64,000 bases of DNA from a bacterium (GTDB taxonomy: Bacteria; CLD3; SB21). The stretch covers positions 124,001 through 188,000 of the forward strand of contig JABWCP010000005.1 in NCBI GenBank assembly GCA_013360215.1. The letters are read 5' to 3'. The notes under the pieces are model-generated. The model worked only from the letters and a program-made list of their open reading frames with translations, made no database searches and was not told the origin of the DNA. The position numbers and the translations under genes are program-made. How positions within the stretch are numbered: the first letter of the stretch is position 1; every line of letters starts with the position of its first letter. Below, piece after piece: positions 30,685-40,178 of this stretch.

Positions 30685-31434
30685 TTAGCGAGCCGAGGAA
30701 CCGTACGACCACGGAATACTCAGCGAACATTGGATGCCGCGATTTTTTCCGCCGACACCCTGATCACGTCGGAGCATTTGAAACAGCATAACCGACAAAC
30801 GTATATCCGGATTATGCTTTTGGGAAAAAAGTGAAACACTGCCCATCACTGCGGCCGAATAAAAACTTTGGTGATCGAAAGTCGCCGCATTAGCCCACAC
30901 AAATCCGGTCCATTCCCATCGGTGTGACGGTGCATAGGTGAGACGCAGACGATGAACGATGTCCGCACGATCCGCTTTTTTAAATCCATCAGCCCACAGC
31001 GTCGTATTTTCTATCTGCCACGAAGAGTGCGGCGAAAATAAAACCGACGCACCGCCGATGGCGTAAGGCGAATTAAACCACTTCCCGTTTTGCGGAATTT
31101 CGATGATCGCGTACGGAGTCACGGACCATGTATTGCTAAGATGAAACCAACGATACAGACCGGCTTGAAAATAATTGATATCCGAATTTCTCGTTTGGAG
31201 GTCTAACGACTGAAAAACATACGCGGAAATAAACGGCTTTTCATACGTGCCGACGATATCGCCCGACGGATGAAGATTGATTAATCGCCCGGAATACGGA
31301 AAAAATCCCGATGAATGTAACCGCAAACGAAGCGAACCTTTGGTGCGGCATGAATCATCTCCCGCATTTACCGCGGCACTCCAATTCAAAACAATAAACC
31401 ATAACAACAAACCACGGATCGTATTTGAAAACAC
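30685..31434 (-). CDS. Hypothetical exported protein, possible beta-barrel
   Basis: Signal-peptide-like N-terminus (..AVNA), alternating aromatic beta-strand pattern. Confidence 0.55.
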   Translation of the reverse strand: MFSNTIRGLLLWFIVLNWSAAVNAGDDSCRTKGSLRLRLHSSGFFPYSGRLINLHPSGDIVGTYEKPFISAYVFQSLDLQTRNSDINYFQAGLYRWFHLSNTWSVTPYAIIEIPQNGKWFNSPYAIGGASVLFSPHSSWQIENTTLWADGFKKADRADIVHRLRLTYAPSHRWEWTGFVWANAATFDHQSFYSAAVMGSVSLFSQKHNPDIRLSVMLFQMLRRDQGVGGKNRGIQCSLSIPWSYGSSAR

Positions 31435-31507
31435 GTTTATGTCTCCTTTGTTTTTTTGAAAAATTTATAACCGGCCGTTGCGTTTTCCAACCCGATTCTT
31501 GCGCAGA

Positions 31508-31957
31508 TTAACCCCCCGATTTTCCTTTGATAAAACACACCACGGTCAACGCGGCAAACAAAAACGATAACCAGAAGTACACATTCATAGACTCTTTGAA
31601 AACCAGCACCGCAAGGCCGATGGATGTAGTGACCATCGCCAGTATAGCGTACAGCGTATAATAGGCGGCTCCGTAATGACGGTACAGCACGTACAAAAAA
31701 ATATTGAGTAAAATCAGACCTGCTGCGGCAACGGCAAACCAGACAAAATTTTCCACGGCGTAGGGTATTATTTTACCGGAAGAAAAAAATGTTGCGATAC
31801 CAAACAATCCGAGCGATGCGAGAAGCAATGAAAAAGCACCAAAATAAAACGGGTGATCAAATGGTGTCGCTTTCTTTTGAGCATAGGTGACCAAGGCATT
31901 GCCTATCGCCGCGACGAACGCCAATCCAAACGGCACGGAAGCCGCCCACCACTTCAT
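31508..31957 (-). CDS. Small DMT/EamA-like membrane protein
   Basis: Five hydrophobic helices, C-terminal VLVFKE motif. Confidence 0.65.
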   Translation of the reverse strand: MKWWAASVPFGLAFVAAIGNALVTYAQKKATPFDHPFYFGAFSLLLASLGLFGIATFFSSGKIIPYAVENFVWFAVAAAGLILLNIFLYVLYRHYGAAYYTLYAILAMVTTSIGLAVLVFKESMNVYFWLSFLFAALTVVCFIKGKSGG

Positions 31958-32484
31958 ACGTCAAACCGCTTGGTCATAACCTCATACTCAAAATGCATTG
32001 AATGAAAATCATACGCATAACGTGTCGTTTTTTGGAAACCATGACGTTCGTAAAACCGAATGGCCTTGTCATTACCATCCCAGACGGCGAGCCAAAGCGT
32101 ACGAATACCCAACAAGCGCACCTCGTCAAATAAAGCACTCTGTAGCCGCTCTCCGATACGCTGGCCGATAAAATTGCGCAGCATATATATTTTTTGCAGT
32201 TGAGCGGGTTTGGTATCTTCCAGTAATTTGTACGGCGACACTTTTTTCATTTTGGCGTAACCTACCGGCAAACCATCGGCCAGAGCGATCCAAAAGCTAT
32301 TGTTTGTTTTGCTGAGACTCGATGTGATTTTGGGAACAGAAAAAGTTGTGTCGAGATATTCTTTCAGTACCGGTTTATCGGTCCACACGTAACCGAAAGC
32401 ATCCTCAAATGTAACCCGCGCAAGAAGTGCCAACGCTGTCGCATCGGCGATCGTGGCTCTACGAACCGATATATCCATGCTCAT
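31954..32484 (-). CDS. GNAT N-acetyltransferase (PaiA-like)
   Basis: QLQKIY...GQRIG, LWLAVW..N.KAIRFYERHGF. Confidence 0.88.
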   Translation of the reverse strand: MSMDISVRRATIADATALALLARVTFEDAFGYVWTDKPVLKEYLDTTFSVPKITSSLSKTNNSFWIALADGLPVGYAKMKKVSPYKLLEDTKPAQLQKIYMLRNFIGQRIGERLQSALFDEVRLLGIRTLWLAVWDGNDKAIRFYERHGFQKTTRYAYDFHSMHFEYEVMTKRFDV

Positions 32485-32581
32485 TTCCTCAGTTCAAATA
32501 TGGGTCGTGATTTCATTGTTTATTTTCACTGGACGCAGTTTTTTGTTTTATATCAAACGTTTTTCATTCGTACTTATCCGA

Positions 32582-33505
32582 TCAGATCGAATGCATGATT
32601 CGGCTCAACTGACGATCGCTATTCAATCCCACCGCACGGGCAATCTGAACCCGCGACAAATCCGGGTTTTTAAGTAACAATTTTATTTTTTCTTTACGCA
32701 CGAGTGTCGTGTACTCATTGACGGTGATCCCGGCTTCTTTTTTAAAAATGCGTGTAAAATTACGTTCACTCATGCACGCGATTTCGGCCAAATGACCGAC
32801 GGAAGATTTTTTATGAATATTTTCCGAAAGATAATCCTGCACTTTATGGATACCGGAGTGAATGTGATTTCGGTAATCAAGGTACGAACTTTTTTGGGGC
32901 TGAGAACCCGTGCGCCGCGTATAGATCACCATTTCACGGGCGACTTTGTGCGCAAAATGCGATCCCTGTATGCGTTCTAAAATATATAACGCCATATCAA
33001 TACCGGAGGCAATCCCCGCACTGGTTATGATATTACCGTCTTCTACAAAAAGCACGTTTTCCTGTACATCCAGTTTTGGAAAATAACGTTTCAATTCAGC
33101 CGTCCGCTTGAAATGCGTCGTACATTTTTTGTAATCCAATAAACCTGCATACGCCAGCGCAAATGCGCCGGAGCACACGCTGCACAGCGTGATATTTTCA
33201 CGATGGCAACGCCGCAACCAATCCAGTAACTCGGTTTGTGAAGTAAACTTGTAATCGTGAATGGATCGGACATTCGGACCGGGTATAAAAATATAATCCT
33301 CCGGTTTGATCGCCACCTCGCTAAAATGTTTGATATGACCAAACGTGAGCCCGCCCGAACTTCGCAATTCTTTGGTATATGTACAGTATTCGATTTCAAA
33401 CGGTGCACCGTAACCGATAGCTTCCAAAAACACCTGCTCAGGCCCACCCAAATCCAACAGATGAACTTCCGGCAATATTAGAAAAACAATTTTTTGAGAT
33501 GCCAT
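32582..33505 (-). CDS. GlxA-family transcriptional regulator (DJ-1 domain plus AraC HTH)
   Basis: LLDLGGP.QVF, SVCSGAF.LA.AGLL, TSAGIASGID, MSERNFTRIF. Confidence 0.92.
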   Translation of the reverse strand: MASQKIVFLILPEVHLLDLGGPEQVFLEAIGYGAPFEIEYCTYTKELRSSGGLTFGHIKHFSEVAIKPEDYIFIPGPNVRSIHDYKFTSQTELLDWLRRCHRENITLCSVCSGAFALAYAGLLDYKKCTTHFKRTAELKRYFPKLDVQENVLFVEDGNIITSAGIASGIDMALYILERIQGSHFAHKVAREMVIYTRRTGSQPQKSSYLDYRNHIHSGIHKVQDYLSENIHKKSSVGHLAEIACMSERNFTRIFKKEAGITVNEYTTLVRKEKIKLLLKNPDLSRVQIARAVGLNSDRQLSRIMHSI

Positions 33506-33558
33506 AACACGTCCTTTGATCTTTGTTTAAAGATAACACCGGTTATGCTAACCCGTGC

Positions 33559-33708
33559 GCCATTAATCAGACATTTTCGGCCAATCAGTATTAATCTACC
33601 CAGCAATATAAACTCAATAAAATCAAATTAGATAGACGTAAAAAATAAAATATAAGCCAGCTTAATTTATTTCAAAAAATTATTGGCCAGAAATGTCTTT
33701 TTATTGGC
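33559..33708. promoter_or_regulatory. Pair of inverted 27-bp boxes, candidate AraC/GlxA operators, in a divergent promoter region
   Basis: Reverse complement of 33559-33585 (ATTGGCCGAAAATGTCTGATTAATGGC) matches 33682-33708 (ATTGGCCAGAAATGTCTTTTTATTGGC) at 22 of 27 positions. Confidence 0.6.
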
Positions 33709-33778
33709 GATGCTAATTTTTTCATAAGCCGTATTTTGTAAAAAAGTATACACGTCACCGATTTTCGCACGAGGTATT

Positions 33779-34366
33779 ATGAAAAAAAACGTAGGCATTT
33801 TGATTTTTGATGATGCGGAAGTATTGGACTTCGCCGGACCGTTCGAAGTTTTTGCCGTTGCATCCGAAGTGCATGATTTTTCCTTGTATGATGTATTTAC
33901 GGTCGCCCGGCATATGAAACCGGTACGCGCCGTCAACGGTTTACTCGTCACACCCAATTATGATTTTTCAAATCACCCTCCGATTGATATTCTGATCGTC
34001 TCCGGCGGGCAAGGCACGAGAGCGTTACTCCACGATCAAGAGCACCACGATTGGTTACAACGTGTCCATCGTACAACCGAATACACTCTGAGTATTTGTT
34101 CCGCCGCACGAATTTTTGGCGCGCTCGGTTTGCTTGATCGTAAACCCTATTGCACGCACCATCAGGTGTACGATCACTTAAAAGAAATCGTGCCCACCGG
34201 ACAACCGCAAAACGATCGGCGCTTTGTCCAAACCGATGAACGGCTTTACACGTCGGGCGGCATTTCCGCAGGCATAGATCTTTCATTTCATATTCTTGAG
34301 CAGCGCCACGGCAAAGAAACCGCCGTTCGAACAGCTGAATATATGGAATACCGTTATACACCATAA
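33779..34366 (+). CDS. DJ-1/PfpI family protein
   Basis: EVLDFAGPFEVF, GGQG, SICS nucleophile, TSGGISAGID, AEYMEY. Confidence 0.92.
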   Translation: MKKNVGILIFDDAEVLDFAGPFEVFAVASEVHDFSLYDVFTVARHMKPVRAVNGLLVTPNYDFSNHPPIDILIVSGGQGTRALLHDQEHHDWLQRVHRTTEYTLSICSAARIFGALGLLDRKPYCTHHQVYDHLKEIVPTGQPQNDRRFVQTDERLYTSGGISAGIDLSFHILEQRHGKETAVRTAEYMEYRYTP

Positions 34367-34379
34367 ACCGGAGTTTGGT

Positions 34380-37001
34380 ATGATCAGACCATTAATTAAA
34401 AAAATATGGATTGGCTTTGTATGCCTGATGTGGCCTGCGACGATGAAACCACTGCACACGCAGGATAGTGCAACGATCATCACGCCGGAACGTTGGGCGC
34501 GCATTCACAAAATAGATGTGCAACATGTCGATTTGAATCTGCGTCTGGACTGGAAAACAAAATCGGTGGAAGGGTATGCGACTATCATTTTGCAAATGCG
34601 TACCGCCACGGATCGTATCGAACTCGACGGCGCTTTTCTGACGATACATCGTGTCGAAGCCGGCGACGGGACGCCTCTGCGTTATACGTACGACGGCAGT
34701 GATCGTGATGGCGCTCTGCAAATACAGCTTGATCGGACTCATGGGGCAGGTGAAATCCTGACCTTGAATGTTTTTTACAAAACCGGATGGGTCAACTATA
34801 GTGATCCGAACAATCTCTGGGGAAGCAACGGTAAAGGTATTCGTTTTTTTGAACTCACATTTTCAGAACCCCGCCGCCGCAAACAAGCCTGGAGCATTTC
34901 CGAATACACTTCCAACCGTTATTGGTTTCCCGGCCATGATACGCCTTCGGATTTACGTACCACCACATTTTCGATGCGCGTGGACACACCGCTTACAGTC
35001 ATCTCCAACGGCACTCTGCTGCGTACGGAAGATCATTCCGACGGCACCAGAACATTTCATTGGCGAATGGATACACCGTATGCCAATCATCGTACATCCT
35101 TTGTCGTTGGTCGTTATTCAATATTTCGCCAGATGACCGACGGTGTCGTGATCGACAACTATAGTTATCCCGACGAGTACGACGCTACCGTAGCCACGGT
35201 CGAACGTTTACCCGATATGATGCGTTTTTATTCCGAACTTACCGGACAATCGTACCCCTTTTCGCAATACGCTCAGGTTTTTGTTCAGGATTTACCGTGG
35301 GGCATGGAAAATGCAACCGCCTCCACACTAACTGAAAATATGGTGGATGATCATCCGACGCATACGGAATTTCTTTTTTTATGGGACATGCTGGAAGGTG
35401 AAGCGCTGGCGATGCAATGGTTTGGAAGTTACGTTCCTGCTGCATCATGGGAAGACATTTGGCTTAATCGGGCCTTTGCGCGGTATTTGTCTTGTATGTA
35501 CGACGAATATAAAAATGGTCGCGACGAATTTCTCTTGTGGCAATTGGCGTTTCAACATAACACGTACCTCTCCGATTGGGCATCCGGTACACGGCTTCCT
35601 GTAGTTGCCCGACGCACCGCAGCTGAAGCTTCTCTGGTGAACGGTAATCACACTTATCTTCACGGCGCCAGTGTTTTGCATATGCTTCGCAAGCATGTCG
35701 GCGAAACCGCGTGGAAAAAAATCCTGCAACACTATGTACTGACTTACGGCGGCCGTCCCGTTCAAACGGAGGATTTGCGCCGCTCTGTCGAAGCCGTCAC
35801 CGGTGAACCGATGGATTGGTTTTTTGATCAATGGCTGTATCGAACCGGTCACCCGGTGTTTACTGTAACCAAAGAATACCATCCCGGAGAAAAAACCCTG
35901 ACGCTTACAGTTCGTCAAACCCAATCACCGGACACAACCGCGTCGGTGTTTTCACAGAACCGCTGGTTTCAGGGAAAGATGGAAATAGCCGTAGATGACC
36001 GTATCGAAACAATATGGATCAAACCGCAATCGGAAAATGTATTTCGTTTGGCATGCGAACGTGCGCCGCGCCGTGTTATTTTTGATTACGAAGGGACGTG
36101 GATCAAAGAGGTGGCATTTGAAAAAACATTTTCAGAGTGGATTGATCAGTTTACCGGCGACGGTGATATTTTAGCCCGACGGGATGCGATGACCCGACTT
36201 TCCGCGATGGCCTCCGACTCCGGCACATCGCTTCGCGATAAACAAAAAATTTATGCTGCTTTTCGCACTGTGATCGGCGGTACGGCATATTGGCGACTCC
36301 GTTACATGGCTACACTTCAACTTCAATCACTGATAGCGCCACCTTCAAACCCTAAACCGGTACTTGATAATGAAACGCGTCGCTTACTTCTTACCGTCAT
36401 TCGCAGGGACAGCATGTGGTGCAAAACCGCAGCCATAAGCTTATTAGGCTCTACCCGGGATCCGTCGAATGCTTCGCTCTTTATTGATTTGCTCCGCGAT
36501 CCTAAAGATCGCGTCGTAAACGCAGCCGCCATCGCCTTGGGTAAAACCAAACACCCTAAAGCGTTTGACGCTTTGAGTGAATTGACCCGTCGCCCTTCAT
36601 GGAAAAACCAAAGCCTGATCAGCGCGCTCAATGGTTTGAGAGAATTGGGGGATGCGCGCGGAGCCGATATCGCGGTCGCTGCGCTGAGCGATCGCTATGC
36701 GCCGCGCTGGACACTGGTCACTCCGGTGTGGGACTTTCGTATCGCAGCCGCACAAACATTGGTCACTCTTGGCCATTCAAACAAAGCGTATTCCATCATC
36801 GCAGATCGCTTCCAAAAAGCCATGGAGGAAAACGATATCAACGATATTCTTAATAACGCTTTACTCATCGCAACACTGGCGGACCCCAGAGGCAAAGAAG
36901 TTTTTGATGCTTTGAAAGCAAAATTTAAAAATGATGCCAATACCATAACGGCCGTTACGCAATACGAAAATCAATTTTTGGAAGCGCTTAAGAAAAAATG
37001 A
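34380..37001 (+). CDS. M1 aminopeptidase homologue with C-terminal HEAT repeats; zinc motif degenerate
   Basis: RYWFP, ISNG, GMEN retained, but EALAMQWFG replaces HExxH and WLNRAF replaces WLNEGF. Start ATG 34380. Confidence 0.85.
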   Translation: MIRPLIKKIWIGFVCLMWPATMKPLHTQDSATIITPERWARIHKIDVQHVDLNLRLDWKTKSVEGYATIILQMRTATDRIELDGAFLTIHRVEAGDGTPLRYTYDGSDRDGALQIQLDRTHGAGEILTLNVFYKTGWVNYSDPNNLWGSNGKGIRFFELTFSEPRRRKQAWSISEYTSNRYWFPGHDTPSDLRTTTFSMRVDTPLTVISNGTLLRTEDHSDGTRTFHWRMDTPYANHRTSFVVGRYSIFRQMTDGVVIDNYSYPDEYDATVATVERLPDMMRFYSELTGQSYPFSQYAQVFVQDLPWGMENATASTLTENMVDDHPTHTEFLFLWDMLEGEALAMQWFGSYVPAASWEDIWLNRAFARYLSCMYDEYKNGRDEFLLWQLAFQHNTYLSDWASGTRLPVVARRTAAEASLVNGNHTYLHGASVLHMLRKHVGETAWKKILQHYVLTYGGRPVQTEDLRRSVEAVTGEPMDWFFDQWLYRTGHPVFTVTKEYHPGEKTLTLTVRQTQSPDTTASVFSQNRWFQGKMEIAVDDRIETIWIKPQSENVFRLACERAPRRVIFDYEGTWIKEVAFEKTFSEWIDQFTGDGDILARRDAMTRLSAMASDSGTSLRDKQKIYAAFRTVIGGTAYWRLRYMATLQLQSLIAPPSNPKPVLDNETRRLLLTVIRRDSMWCKTAAISLLGSTRDPSNASLFIDLLRDPKDRVVNAAAIALGKTKHPKAFDALSELTRRPSWKNQSLISALNGLRELGDARGADIAVAALSDRYAPRWTLVTPVWDFRIAAAQTLVTLGHSNKAYSIIADRFQKAMEENDINDILNNALLIATLADPRGKEVFDALKAKFKNDANTITAVTQYENQFLEALKKK

Positions 37002-38179
37002 TTATTGGGATAATATCCTCACACATGCAGGAGATGGTGATGAATCGGTTTTTTGGTATTGTTTATATGGTAACTTTATTCGGATTGGGTGAAAAGGTGC
37101 TTTCTCAAACACCCGCCAATGAATTGATGTTGCGCGTAGATCCGCGAGTTGAATTACTTTGTATTGCTTTTCGCTTGGCGGATTATCCGGAAGTAATAGA
37201 CACGTTAAACTCGGCCTACACGCAGCGGATAGATGCGCATTTTCAAAAGTACAAGAACCATCCTTTGATCGAAGATATCCGGCTTCTCCTAGACAGCGTA
37301 AAAAAACACGACATCGAATTTGGTTATTGGGATATCCCCGCCATTGCGATTCATATACGTGCATCCGCGGACTGGACACCGGTGGCGACAGCAGATCAGC
37401 TTGTTGACGATATTTGGGATAATCGCACTTGGCTCACACCCCGGCGGATGGAATTGATCAGAGCATTTTATTATGACAGCGATGCACGCCGGTTTTTTGA
37501 CGATGAACGGGATTATTACGCACGTGCCGAAGCGAGCATCAACCATCGCATAATGCATTTACAAAAAACGTGGTTACAGAAATATTTCGGCATGGCCGAA
37601 TCGGAGGCGTATTTCGCAATTCTTGGTTTGCAATTGCGTCAGGGTGCCTATTTGCGTGTAAATGCTCCTCATGAAATGCGGCAAACCTTTACGCTGTTTC
37701 CGTGCACGGCATTCGATCGTTGGGGTCTGCCTGCGTCTCTGGATTCGCTGCAGATTATACGCTCCATTTTACACGAATACATCCACGCGTTTGTAAATCA
37801 AGCCGTGGACGCGTACGAAAGCCAATGGCAAAAACCGGCAGAGCTGATTTTGGCCGATCCGCATCTGTGGTCATTGATGAAAGATGCTTTTTATAATAAC
37901 CCGCGGTATCTCGTTTACGAATCATTGGTTCGCGCCACATCGATCATCTATCTGACCCGGCACCATCCCGAACTCATTTCTCTTGAAAAGGAAATCACAG
38001 CGCAGGAAAAATGGGGATTTTATTGGATGAGGGAAACGATCCGTCTTCTGGAGAATTGCGAAAAAGAACGAAATCGTTATTCGGATTTTTATTCGATCAT
38101 GCCGGAGGTGTGTCGTTTATTGGAGTTGGTCTCAGGTCGCATGCGAGACGGAAAATACGTCTCCCCTAATCGGCAATAA
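36998..38179 (+). CDS. DUF4932-like exported protein with HExxH motif
   Basis: VDPRVELL, HEYIH.FVN, ESLVRA, GF.W pattern. Confidence 0.7.
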   Translation: MIIGIISSHMQEMVMNRFFGIVYMVTLFGLGEKVLSQTPANELMLRVDPRVELLCIAFRLADYPEVIDTLNSAYTQRIDAHFQKYKNHPLIEDIRLLLDSVKKHDIEFGYWDIPAIAIHIRASADWTPVATADQLVDDIWDNRTWLTPRRMELIRAFYYDSDARRFFDDERDYYARAEASINHRIMHLQKTWLQKYFGMAESEAYFAILGLQLRQGAYLRVNAPHEMRQTFTLFPCTAFDRWGLPASLDSLQIIRSILHEYIHAFVNQAVDAYESQWQKPAELILADPHLWSLMKDAFYNNPRYLVYESLVRATSIIYLTRHHPELISLEKEITAQEKWGFYWMRETIRLLENCEKERNRYSDFYSIMPEVCRLLELVSGRMRDGKYVSPNRQ

Positions 38180-38256
38180 ACCGTCACCGGATGTACGACA
38201 GGTTTCGGTATTGAAACCCGGCATGATGTTTCACGTATACACCAGATAAAAAACCT

Positions 38257-38451
38257 ATGGCTACATTTTTTATCTGGTGTATTTTGTTGATTCTGTGCTG
38301 GCCGCTTGCCCTGGTCGCCTTGATCATGTACCCGTTTGTTTGGTTGATATTGCTGCCGTTTCGAATTGCCGGATTGGCGGTGGAGGGTGTACTCAAGTTT
38401 ATCTGGGCCTTATTTACGCTGCCGTTTCGGGTACTCAGCGGCGGAAAATAG
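38257..38451 (+). CDS. Small hydrophobic hypothetical membrane protein
   Basis: 64 aa, CWPLAL.AL..YP.VWL..LPFR with a repeated LPFR; fills the gap between genes. Confidence 0.65.
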   Translation: MATFFIWCILLILCWPLALVALIMYPFVWLILLPFRIAGLAVEGVLKFIWALFTLPFRVLSGGK

Positions 38452-38453
38452 TT

Positions 38454-39092
38454 TTAACAACCGTCTCTGATTTTTTCTTCTTCTTTTTCAAATCGCGGAG
38501 CATCTATTTTTTTTCGGGGCGGTTCTTGCTTCTTCACCGTCACTTCGGGCTTAGGTTCCCGGATCACCGTAGGCTGACCGCCAAAATAGAGGCTTATCTT
38601 ACTTCTTTCTTCGAAACGTTTTTTCTCTGCATCTTTTGCATCAGGCAATAACTTTGGAAACAATATTTCCGAACGCCAGGCTGATAATCCTCCGTGCATC
38701 GTATACACATTCTTAAAATTTTTAGCTTTGAGTAGCACCCATGCTTGCCCGGCATGAATGCCGCCTTCGGAATATAGAATTATCAATTCATTTTTTTTCA
38801 AGGTAGAATGCAGCAGATCAGGAAGCGACTTTAACTCAGCGCCGGGAATGTGATATCGGGAGTATGATGACGAATCACCAAGATGAATGATACGCATGGG
38901 TTTTTCATTCATAAGCCAAACAGCTAATGAATCGGACAAAACATGATCGTTTTCTGTCTCGACAAGATCCGCTATTTCATTGATCTTGTCATGATAGGGA
39001 TCTGAATTGCCTGAAAGCAGCGCTAAAAGACCGAACACAAAACAGACTGCAAATAAAAAACGATTAACCGTCACGCGCTCAACCCTTTGCAT
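38454..39092 (-). CDS. Membrane-anchored rhodanese-like protein with C-terminal Cys
   Basis: YHIPGA, LYSEGG (active-site Cys replaced by Ser), GGLSAW, Lys/Pro-rich tail ending DGC. Start uncertain. Confidence 0.8.
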   Translation of the reverse strand: MQRVERVTVNRFLFAVCFVFGLLALLSGNSDPYHDKINEIADLVETENDHVLSDSLAVWLMNEKPMRIIHLGDSSSYSRYHIPGAELKSLPDLLHSTLKKNELIILYSEGGIHAGQAWVLLKAKNFKNVYTMHGGLSAWRSEILFPKLLPDAKDAEKKRFEERSKISLYFGGQPTVIREPKPEVTVKKQEPPRKKIDAPRFEKEEEKIRDGC

Positions 39093-39672
39093 GTAATTTT
39101 TCAATACGTTCAGCGGCTACAAAACCTAATAACGCCATCATAACTACGATAAAAACAGCCGTGCCGTACGGGATTTGAAAAAACTGAAACAAGGTGATAT
39201 CTCCCAGCGATGTTGAAAAATACCAACTCTCGATATAGGGATAGGCCTCCGCAAAAATAAAAATTCCTGTCATCATGCCGATAAAATGAATCCATCCATC
39301 CATTCGACCGGTAACAGAAGCCACACAACACGTACCCGGACAATATCCGCCCATAATAAATCCGACACCAAAAACGACGCCTCCGGCGAGCTGCGGATAT
39401 ATATACGTGGGAAGCACACGAATAGCCGAAAGATCCAGCAAATCCAGTTTATTCAACCAAAACAAGCCCAACATAGCTGTTACAAGCGCAGAAAACATAA
39501 CTTTGAATACAGACAGATCATTTAGATAAAATTGCTGCGCTAGTTTGACGGCGCTCCCAAAACCGGCTTGCTCAAGAAAAAAACCAAATCCAATACCGAT
39601 GAAAACCGCTATTATCAGCGATTGTTCAAAACCGATCATATCAAATTTCAAAAAAGGGGCGTTCATTTCCAT
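39079..39672 (-). CDS. YeeE/YedE family sulfur-compound transporter subunit
   Basis: GFGFFLEQAGF, GGVVFGVGF..GGYCPGT. Confidence 0.88.
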   Translation of the reverse strand: MEMNAPFLKFDMIGFEQSLIIAVFIGIGFGFFLEQAGFGSAVKLAQQFYLNDLSVFKVMFSALVTAMLGLFWLNKLDLLDLSAIRVLPTYIYPQLAGGVVFGVGFIMGGYCPGTCCVASVTGRMDGWIHFIGMMTGIFIFAEAYPYIESWYFSTSLGDITLFQFFQIPYGTAVFIVVMMALLGFVAAERIEKLHAKG

Positions 39673-40175
39673 TGCCTTCTAAAAAATTTGGCGACCAGAT
39701 ACGCCGTTATAAACACGGAAGCGATAAATATCCAACTGCCTACACTCATCAATGCACCTCCCGTCAAAGCCTGACCGCTCGTGCATCCGCGAGCAAGCTT
39801 GGAACCCAAACCCATCAGAATTCCGCCGGCAAAAGCAAAAATAAAACGCGTGCGGGTGGATACGCTTTCGGATTTTTCGATTTTAAATTTTAATCTTCCC
39901 GAAAACCAACCGGATAACAAACCGCCGATCAGAACACCGGCCATCTCAAATACTAACCAGTCTTTGAGAGGGTTTCCGTTATTGTAATATTCACTGTAAA
40001 AAGCGTTCGACTGGATATGCGACGGTGCGACCGTATTTACGGTCGAAGTTAAAACAGAACTCAATGCGCCGGAAGCACCCAGACCTCGTCCCACAATGAA
40101 AAAAGACAAGAGTAAAACCAGCCCAAGTCCAACACCCGCCACATAGGGATTCATATAAGGTTTCATCGGTTTCAT
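39663..40175 (-). CDS. YeeE/YedE family sulfur-compound transporter subunit
   Basis: NPYVAG, GLGASG, GG.LMG.G..LARGCTSGQAL.G. Confidence 0.88.
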   Translation of the reverse strand: MKPMKPYMNPYVAGVGLGLVLLLSFFIVGRGLGASGALSSVLTSTVNTVAPSHIQSNAFYSEYYNNGNPLKDWLVFEMAGVLIGGLLSGWFSGRLKFKIEKSESVSTRTRFIFAFAGGILMGLGSKLARGCTSGQALTGGALMSVGSWIFIASVFITAYLVAKFFRRQWK

Positions 40176-40178
40176 GGT

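Noticed and set aside
39079-39665. Selenocysteine read-through at the TGA stops of the YeeE genes
   Set aside because: The stops fall at normal protein ends overlapping the next gene, not at Cys-equivalent positions, and no SECIS-like hairpin was evident.
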